From positions 1-5,964 of the forward strand of contig NW_021829703.1 in NCBI RefSeq assembly GCF_006345805.1: a stretch of DNA of 5,964 nucleotides, written 5' to 3'. The notes beneath the pieces were generated by a model, which did no database searches, was not told the DNA's origin, and saw only the letters and a list, made by a program, of their open reading frames with translations. Below are positions 1 to 5,450 of this stretch, in pieces. The position numbers were made by a program, and so were the translations under genes. Origin of the DNA: Octopus sinensis (Eukaryota). Numbering within the stretch: the first letter of the stretch is position 1; each line of letters opens with the position of its first letter.

Positions 1-130
1 TTCAGCATTGTACTAAACCAAAGGGGAGACTTTTGAACATGTTAATTAAATTTTTTATCATAATTAATTACGCTATTTTAATGGAGCAATACTTAGTATA
101 TTTCGTAAAACTTCTGCAATACTTTCATTT

Positions 131-145
131 AAAAAAAAAAAAAAA
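131..145. repeat. poly(A) run (15 A)
   Basis: Read directly from the sequence. Confidence 0.95.
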
Positions 146-180
146 TTCTTTAACGACTGTATTATATTTTTGTACAGTTT

Positions 181-357
181 AGGCGCGGGAGTGACCGTGA
201 AGTAAGTAGCTTGCTTACCAACCACATGGTTCCGGGTTCAGTCCCACTGCGTGGCACCTTGAGCAAGTTTCTTCCACCATAGCCTCGGGCCGACCAATGC
301 CTTGTGAGTGGATTTGGTAGACGGAATCTGAAAGAAGCCGTCGTATCTATATATATA
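181..357 (+). mobile_element. tRNA-derived SINE-A, 5' part only (head, CORE-like segment, start of the (TA)n tract)
   Basis: Colinear with the reverse complements of about 1700-1868 and 2400-2564. B-box GGTTCAGTCCC at 235-245, degenerate A-box near 191-205, and a CORE-like ACCTTGAGCAAGT at 256-268 (MIR core is ACCTTGGGCAAGT). Ends in (TA)n and lacks the 3' half seen in the other two copies. Confidence 0.88.
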
Positions 358-461
358 CCACTGTTTTTCCCCAGTGCCACTTCATTGAAGTGGCACTGGG
401 GAAAAAAAACAGTGGGTATATATATATATACGACGGCTTCTTTCAGATTCCGTCTCACTCA
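305..461. repeat. Long near-perfect inverted repeat (fold-back palindrome) centred on T385
   Basis: 319-384 is the reverse complement of 386-455, apart from one substitution, T5 versus A8 run length and one extra G. After an 8-nt gap the pairing extends to 305-310 with 456-461. Confidence 0.95.
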
Positions 462-483
462 ATAATAATAATAATAATAATAA
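461..483. repeat. (AAT)n microsatellite, probably the 3' tail of the adjacent minus-strand SINE-B
   Basis: Read directly. Abuts the 3' end of the element at 484-693. A second (AAT)5 tract lies at 694-708. Confidence 0.9.
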
Positions 484-693
484 CCCTTTCTACTATAGGC
501 ACAAAGCCAGAAATTTGGGGGCAGGGTTTAAGTTGATTTCATCGATGTCAGTATTGAACTGGTACTTGATTTATCGATCCCGAAAGAATGACTGGCAGTG
601 TCGACCTAGGCGAAATTTGAACTCAGAACATAAAGACAGACGAAATGTCTCTAAGGATTTCCTCTGCGTGCTAAAATTGGTCTTATTTTCCCG
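484..693 (-). mobile_element. tRNA-derived SINE-B, diverged copy, tail type 1
   Basis: Alignable with 4726-4880 (gtacttgatttatcgatcccgaaagaatga...gtcgacctaggcgaaatttgaactcagaac...gcgtgctaa). Contains the reverse-complemented B-box. Flanked by (AAT)n on both sides. Confidence 0.85.
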
Positions 694-794
694 AATAATA
701 ATAATAATATAAACAATATAACAACGAAACAAAAAAATGTTATAATTATAATCTACTATAAAAACAATATGAAATATAATATCACATTAATATA

Positions 795-922
795 ACGGTT
801 TCAAATTTTGGCACAAGGCCAGGAATTTGGGAGAGGGTGCTTGTCGATTACATCACACCCCAGTGTTCAGCTGGTCCTTAATTTATCGACTCCCTAAAGG
901 ATGCAAGGCAAAGCGCGCTAAC
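795..922 (-). mobile_element. SINE-B fragment with internal deletion, tail variant
   Basis: ggcacaaggccaggaatttggg...gtcgattacatc...ttaatttatcgac...aaaggatgcaaggcaaag matches the other SINE-B copies. It then jumps directly to cgcgctaac (914-922), skipping about 67 nt that includes the B-box (4795-4861 in the intact copy). Confidence 0.8.
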
Positions 923-1464
923 ACATTACTACTAAAACAAATCCTTTTTGGGAATACTTCCATAAAGCAGACCTGAGTAGTCTCCCTTACAAATAAGGTG
1001 ATATAGAAGAGTAATCTCCCCTGAGAAAAAGTCTGAAAAGCTTGTTTTGTATTCGATATAGAGTTGTCTCCCTTGTCAGTATCGTCTGTTTATGTTGTTC
1101 GATGTCGGTGAAAATGTGGCATATATTCTGGATTGAGCAGTAAACAATCTCAAACAAGCAAGAGTAATGAATGAAGGATGCAAGCAACTAAAAACAGAAG
1201 CAAAAGAAAAACTGAGAGAAAACTTCCCTATGTTCAATAATAAACACGCGAGAATAACCTATCAATCTGATGTTATCCGGAATTAACTAAATGGCTAAAG
1301 AAATCCCAGCTTTTGGTCCTTGGTGGTTCTTGTATAGTGTACTGAGATTACAGTTCCCCAGCATGTGGAACGGTGAGCTGCGAACAATCCTTTGCAGTTT
1401 TTCTTCCGGAATTTATTACAAGGTGCGGCAGAAGTAACGCCCTTTCTGCATTTAATAACTCGTA

Positions 1465-1868
1465 TACTCTTTTACCCTTTATTCTTTTACTCTTTTACTT
1501 GTTTCAGTCATTTGACTGTGGCCATGTTGGAGCACCGCCTTTAGTTGACCAAATCGACCCCAGTAAGTCTATTCTATCTGTCCCTTTTGCCGCACCACTA
1601 AGTTATGGGGACGTAAACTCACCAGCATCGGTTGTCAAGCGATGTTGGGGGGACAAACACAGACACACAAACATATATACACACATACATATATATACAT
1701 ATATACGACAGGCTTCTTTCAGTTTCTGTCTATCAAATCCACTCACAAGGTTTTCGTCGGCCGAGGCTATAGGAGAAGACACTTGCCCAAGGTGCTACGC
1801 AGTGGGACTGAACCCGGAACCATGTGGTTCGTTAGCAAGCTACTTACCACACAGCCACTCCTGCGCCT
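1465..1868 (-). mobile_element. SINE-A, full-length long form (head, CORE-like segment, (TA/TG)n, second module, (GAGTAAAA)n-like tail)
   Basis: Head at 1868 (reverse complement AGGCGCAGGAGTGGCTGTGTGGTAAG). B-box reverse complement GGGACTGAACC at 1804-1814. Internal microsatellite at about 1655-1705. Tail of TACTCTTT repeats at 1465-1500. Colinear with 1880-2564. Confidence 0.9.
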
Positions 1869-2140
1869 AGTTTAGTATACTCTTTACTCTCTTTTACTCT
1901 TTTATTTGTTTCAGTCATTTGAGTATGGCCATGCTGGAGCACCGCCTTTAGTCGAGCAAATCGACCCCAGGACTTATTCTTTGTAAGCCTAGTACTTATT
2001 CTATCGGTCTCTTTTGCCGAACCGCTAAGTTACGGGAACGTAAACACACCAGCATCGGTTGTCAAGCGATGTTGGGGGATGGGGGACAAACACAGACACA
2101 CAAACATATACACACACATACATATACATATATATATATA

Positions 2141-2369
2141 TCTGTTGTCCAAAACTTCCGGCCTTTCAGCATGTTTACTTCGTAAAAACCAGTCGCGTTT
2201 TTTTTCCCTCCGTTCGCCCGCCTCGGGATCTTTCTTTCTCTTATGTTCCGACGAAGAGCTCCGCTCGAAAAGTCATACAATCCTCTTCCCTTTTCATGAG
2301 CGCCTAATAATAATACTTTAATTGTTCCACCTCCTTGTGTTGTTTTTTTCTGTTTTCTCGTTTGGATTA

Positions 2370-2373
<4 letters not shown>
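2141..2373 (+). mobile_element. Probable Penelope-like element 3'-end/pseudo-LTR fragment inserted in the (TA)n tract of SINE-A
   Basis: Absent from the sister SINE copy and bounded by (TA)n on both sides. Shares motif order with 3680-3810: GAAGAGC-loop-GCTCGAAA, then GAGCGC..TAA..TAATAC, a T-rich stretch, and ATTA(A/T)C(C/A)(C)T followed by (AT)n. Confidence 0.65.
2244..2279 (+). ncRNA. Degenerate minimal hammerhead-ribozyme-like motif
   Basis: CCGACGA (core CUGANGA with U4>C, 2248-2254), extra A, stem II GAGC-TCC-GCTC (2256-2266), GAAA (2267-2270), AGTC (canonical CGTC). Stem I is not clearly intact. Confidence 0.45.
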
Positions 2374-2401
<28 letters not shown>

Positions 2402-2764
2402 CGACGAGCTTCTTTCAGTTTCCGTCTACCAAATCCACTCACAAGGTTTTCGTCGGCCAGAGGCTATAGGAGAAGACACTTGGCCAAGGTGCCACGCAGT
2501 GGGACTGAACCCGGACCATGTGGTCCGTTAGCAAGCTACTTACCACACAGCCACTCCTACGCCTAGTATAGTATATAAATATTTATTAAGTAATTTTTTT
2601 TATTGAACACGAATTTATTTTGCTATTTATTTTATAAAGATATAATAAAACGAATAATATACTTATGAAAAAATCGCAGAAGTTTTAGGAAATGAAAAAG
2701 AAATAGAATTAGAAGCCAGAAAACTCAAAATACAAAAGGGCGTTACTGTTGCCGTACCCCTGCA

Positions 2765-2996
2765 TAAAAGACATGGCTGCGAAACAGGACCGCAATAGTG
2801 GTGACGTCATGTTTGTTGTTAAAGATTCTTTTGACCAACAGGATTAAAGTTTCTTCGTCAATGTGATCGAAGCATTGCAACACAAATGAAATAAGTGTGT
2901 GGACCCCAACGGTGTCTATGTTGAAGAGTAAATCTCATTTGGCTAGATTCCACGGCTGTATCTTGGCCAGCCTCTGAACTTTTAAGCCGATCATCG
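2765..2996 (+). pseudogene. Mariner-family transposase C-terminal remnant plus 3' UTR and right TIR
   Basis: Frame 2767-2931 reads KDMAAKQDRNSGDVMFVVKDSFDQQD*SFFVNVIEALQHK*NKCVDPNGVYVEE*, matching the mariner C-terminal pattern F(F/Y)..GI..L..RW.KC....G.Y.E (W has become TGA at 2887-2889). It is followed by AACTTTTAAGCCGATCATCG (2977-2996), resembling mariner TIR ends of the ACTTTTCAGCC.ACCCTCG type. Confidence 0.85.
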
Positions 2997-3115
2997 AACA
3001 TACACATCACTTATGTATTCATACATACTTTTATGCATACATAAAATATCTACATACACATACACATAGATACATACATATATACATGCATATATATATA
3101 CATATATATGCATAC

Positions 3116-3173
<58 letters not shown>

Positions 3174-3238
3174 ATATAATATATATATATATATATATAT
3201 TGTATATATATACATATACATATACACAAATATATGTA
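2997..3238. repeat. Compound (TA)n/(TACA)n/(CA)n microsatellite
   Basis: Read directly from the sequence. Confidence 0.95.
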
Positions 3239-3243
3239 GACAT

Positions 3244-3810
3244 ACATGAGAAATCCTAGAAGATCCAGGCCCCTACATAAACGGGATCAAGCATTGTAAA
3301 CTGAGCATAGCGGAACGGGCGAGGATACTAGAGGACTCCCTCGACCAGGGGGAACATCCTCAACTCCAGAACGGAGGTCTTCGGACCGTGCTTGCATTTC
3401 AGGAAATTCTTGTTGGCCTTTTGGAACCCAAAAGACAACAAGCTCACTTACGATCGACGGCCGAAGGAAGACAATCCCCTGTTGTTGACATTGAGTAGCG
3501 AGGTCCTTTCCTTCTCCATTTTCTAGAGACGACACTCATTATATATACTGCTCTATAACTTAATGCCCTCTTTTTCGGATTTATGTCTTACTGGCGATAT
3601 ATATATATATACATATATATTCGCCATGATAGATCGCTAGCTACTATACCTTTTTCTATTTTCTCCCCCTGTTTATTTCTGTGTTCCTTTCTGTGGAAGA
3701 GCGTAGGCTCGAAACGTAAAAGACTTTCTCACTTCCCGAGCGCTAAACTAATACATCGGTTTGTTATTTACATACCCGTCTTCGTCTTTTGTTTTTTGTA
3801 AATTATCACT
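3244..3810 (+). mobile_element. 5'-truncated Penelope-like retroelement: degenerate C-terminus of a GIY-YIG-type endonuclease plus 3' region with a hammerhead-like motif
   Basis: 3247-3339 reads (W>stop)EILEDPGPYINGIKHCKLSIAERARILEDS. After a +1 frameshift near 3340, 3341-3526 reads STRGNILNSRTEVFGPCLHFRKFLLAFWNPK...*. Together they fit the PLE endonuclease-end pattern W.I....PY..G.K.C.LC..EK..IL...LN.R.E....C.H..KFLL, recalled from known PLE proteins. Hammerhead-like motif downstream. Both ends abut (TA)n. Confidence 0.8.
3687..3722 (+). ncRNA. Minimal type I hammerhead-ribozyme-like motif with variant core
   Basis: Stem I CTTT (3687-3690) pairs with AAAG (3719-3722). Core CTGTGGA (3691-3697; CUGANGA with A6>U), extra A3698, stem II GAGC-GTAG-GCTC (3699-3710), GAAA (3711-3714), palindromic ACGT mini stem III, and putative cleavage triplet GUA (3716-3718). 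Confidence 0.68.
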
Positions 3811-3831
3811 ATATATATAGTTCTATCCTAG

Positions 3832-3998
3832 TTCCTTCCCCTCTTCCTCTTCCTCCTCCTCCTCCTCCTCCTCATCTTCCTCCTCCGCATTCTTCTATTT
3901 CTCCTTCTTTTTAATCTTCTTCTTAACCATCTCCTTCCTCTCCTCCTTCTTCTGCTTCTTCCACCCCTTCCACCTCTTCCTTCGAGTCATCTCCTTCC
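3832..3998. repeat. Pyrimidine-rich (CCT/CTT)n low-complexity tract
   Basis: Read directly from the sequence. Confidence 0.9.
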
Positions 3999-4010
3999 AG
4001 AAATAGTCTG

Positions 4011-4170
4011 AAAAAAAAAAAAAAATAATGGTAAACCAACTGTTTAACAATAACAAAAGCAACAACAATAACAACAACAACGGACGTGATAAGATCTACA
4101 CAGCAGCAACAGCAGCAACAGCAGCAGCAGCAGCTTCAGCAGCAACAGCAGCAGTAGCCGCAGCAGTAGC
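4011..4170. repeat. Cluster of simple repeats: A15 (4011-4025), (AAC)n (4046-4081), (CAG)n (4101-4170)
   Basis: Read directly from the sequence. Confidence 0.9.
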
Positions 4171-4342
4171 CATATCACCAGTAACATAATGGCTTTTATT
4201 CATGGTTATCGTTTTCACACGAATATGCATAAATGTATACTTATTTAAAATTTAGTCGCGTCTGTATTTTAGTCAATAATTTTGATAACGTTCACGGTTC
4301 ACGGGGTTTCAGCAAAGACTAGAGCATTTCCATACACCATAG

Positions 4343-4659
4343 CCACCACCACCACCACCACCACTACCACCGCCATCATCACCACCACCACTACCACCAT
4401 CACCGCCACCACCACCACCAGCACCAGCACCAGCACCAGCACCAGCACCAGCACCAGCACCACCACCACTACCACCGCCATCATCACCATCACCACTACC
4501 ACCATCACCGCCACCACCAGCACCAGCACCAGCACCAGCACCACCACCACCACCACCACTACCACCGCCATCATCACCACCACCACCACTACCACCATCA
4601 CCGCCACCACCAGCACCAGCACCAGCACCAGCACCACCACCACCACCAGCACCACTACC
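4343..4659. repeat. Compound (CAC)n/(CACCAG)n array with a three-copy higher-order unit of about 90-105 bp
   Basis: The landmark GCCATCATC recurs at 4372, 4477 and 4567, each preceded by ACTACCACC and followed by a CACCGCCACC segment and a (CACCAG)n block. Confidence 0.9.
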
Positions 4660-4890
4660 TATTTCTTTATTACCCACAAGGAGCTAAACATAGAGGAGAC
4701 AAACATGGATAGACATAGGTATTAAGTCGATTATATCGACCCCAGTGCTTAACTGGCACTTAATTTATCGACCCCGAAAGGATGAAAGGCAAAGTCGACC
4801 TCGGCGGAATTTGAACTCACAACGTAACGGCAGCCGAAATACCGCTAAGCATTTCGCCCGACGTGCTAACGATTCTGCTAGCTCACTACC
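4660..4890 (-). mobile_element. SINE-B, near full length, tail type 2
   Basis: B-box reverse complement GGAATTTGAACTC at 4806-4818. 4660-4877 is a gap-free reverse complement of 5233-5450, with about 23 mismatches in 218 nt by manual count. Confidence 0.9.
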
Positions 4891-5100
4891 ACTACCACCA
4901 TCACCACCACCACCACCACTACCACCACCACCACCACCACCACCACCACCACCACACACCCATCACCACCACCACCATCACGACCACCACCACCACCACC
5001 ACTACCACCACCACCACCACCACCATCACCACCACCACCGTCACAGCCATCATCATCATCATCATCATCGACGTCATCGTCGTCGTTGTTTTTGTTGTTA
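4891..5100. repeat. (CAC)n grading into (CAT)n, (CGT)n and (GTT)n microsatellite
   Basis: Read directly from the sequence. Confidence 0.93.
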
Positions 5101-5232
5101 TCTGCAAGATAAGGACGTAGTTTTGGAGGTCGTGAGTTATTGTCGAATTTCTTATTGGTTTAATCGTTGCATTGTTGAATTTTGAGATTATTCGCCTTGA
5201 AGAAGTGAATATTTCACAAAACCAACAAGCCT

Positions 5233-5450
5233 CAGAGACGTTAGCGCGCCGGGCGAAATGCTTAGCGGTATTTCGTCTGTCGTTACGCTCTGAGTTCAAA
5301 TTCCGCCGAGGTTGACTTTGCCTTTCATCCTTTCGGGGTCGATAAATAAAGTACCAGTTTCGCTCTGGGGTCGATGTAATCGACTTAATCCCTTTGTTTG
5401 TCCTTGTTTGTCCCCTCTATGTTTAGCCCCTTGTGGGTAGTAAAGAAATA
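5233..5450 (+). mobile_element. SINE-B, tail type 2, missing the first ~13 nt of the head
   Basis: B-box GAGTTCAAATTCC at 5292-5304, central GCCTTTCATCCTTTCGGGGTCGATAAA segment, and a tail ending TGTGGGTAGTAAAGAAATA. Inverted relative to 4660-4890. Confidence 0.9.

Larger units (their letters stand above)
1880..2564 (-). mobile_element. SINE-A, full-length long form with 11-bp target-site duplication and a nested 230-bp insert
   Basis: Same architecture as 1465-1868. B-box reverse complement at 2501-2511. Flanks AGTTTAGTATA (1869-1879) and AGTATAGTATA (2565-2575) are 10/11 identical. Confidence 0.9.
1419..2762. mobile_element. Non-autonomous Tc1/mariner-type DNA transposon (MITE, about 245 bp without its inserts), split by SINE insertions
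   Basis: Left end TA|CAAGGTGCGGCAGAAGTAACGCCCTTTCTGCATTT (1417-1453) matches the reverse complement of 2728-2764, TG|CAGGGGTACGGCAACAGTAACGCCCTTT-TGTATTT. TA-type target site and CAGGG-like terminus. The internal sequence is AT-rich and non-coding. Confidence 0.72.

Noticed and set aside
181-260. tRNA gene at the SINE heads (also 1790-1868, 2490-2564, 4800-4890, 5233-5310)
   Set aside because: B-boxes are present but there is no complete cloverleaf, and the sequence continues into conserved SINE bodies.
1105-1290. Stop-interrupted reading frame ENVAYILD*AVNNLKQARVMNEGCKQLKTEAKEKLRENFPMF...
   Set aside because: It looks vaguely like a decayed TE ORF, but has no recognisable motif.
1300-1416. 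Upstream half of the mariner transposase, split off by the MITE
   Set aside because: FFRNL could join KDMAAK, but I could not find the expected YSPDLAP motif in any frame, so it is unsupported.
1373-2531. 165-aa ORF at 1373-1870 and the overlapping ORFs
   Set aside because: They lie across MITE, SINE and (TA)n sequence. The recurring peptides (GTEPGTMW, YIYIYI) are SINE and microsatellite translations.
3287-3535. 82-aa minus-strand ORF
   Set aside because: It is the antisense shadow of the plus-strand PLE endonuclease remnant.
3990-4189. Possible exon: pyrimidine tract, CAG acceptor at 3998-4000 and a 53-aa ORF at 4028-4189 (MVNQLFNNN...AAAA)
   Set aside because: The pyrimidine tract is a microsatellite, the peptide is made of (AAC)n and (CAG)n repeats, and there is no recognisable domain or donor site.
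4282-5299. ORFs encoding poly-Thr/Ser, poly-Val, Gly-Ala, poly-His and poly-Pro
   Set aside because: They are translations of triplet and hexamer microsatellites, open in several frames on both strands, and they run into SINE sequence.
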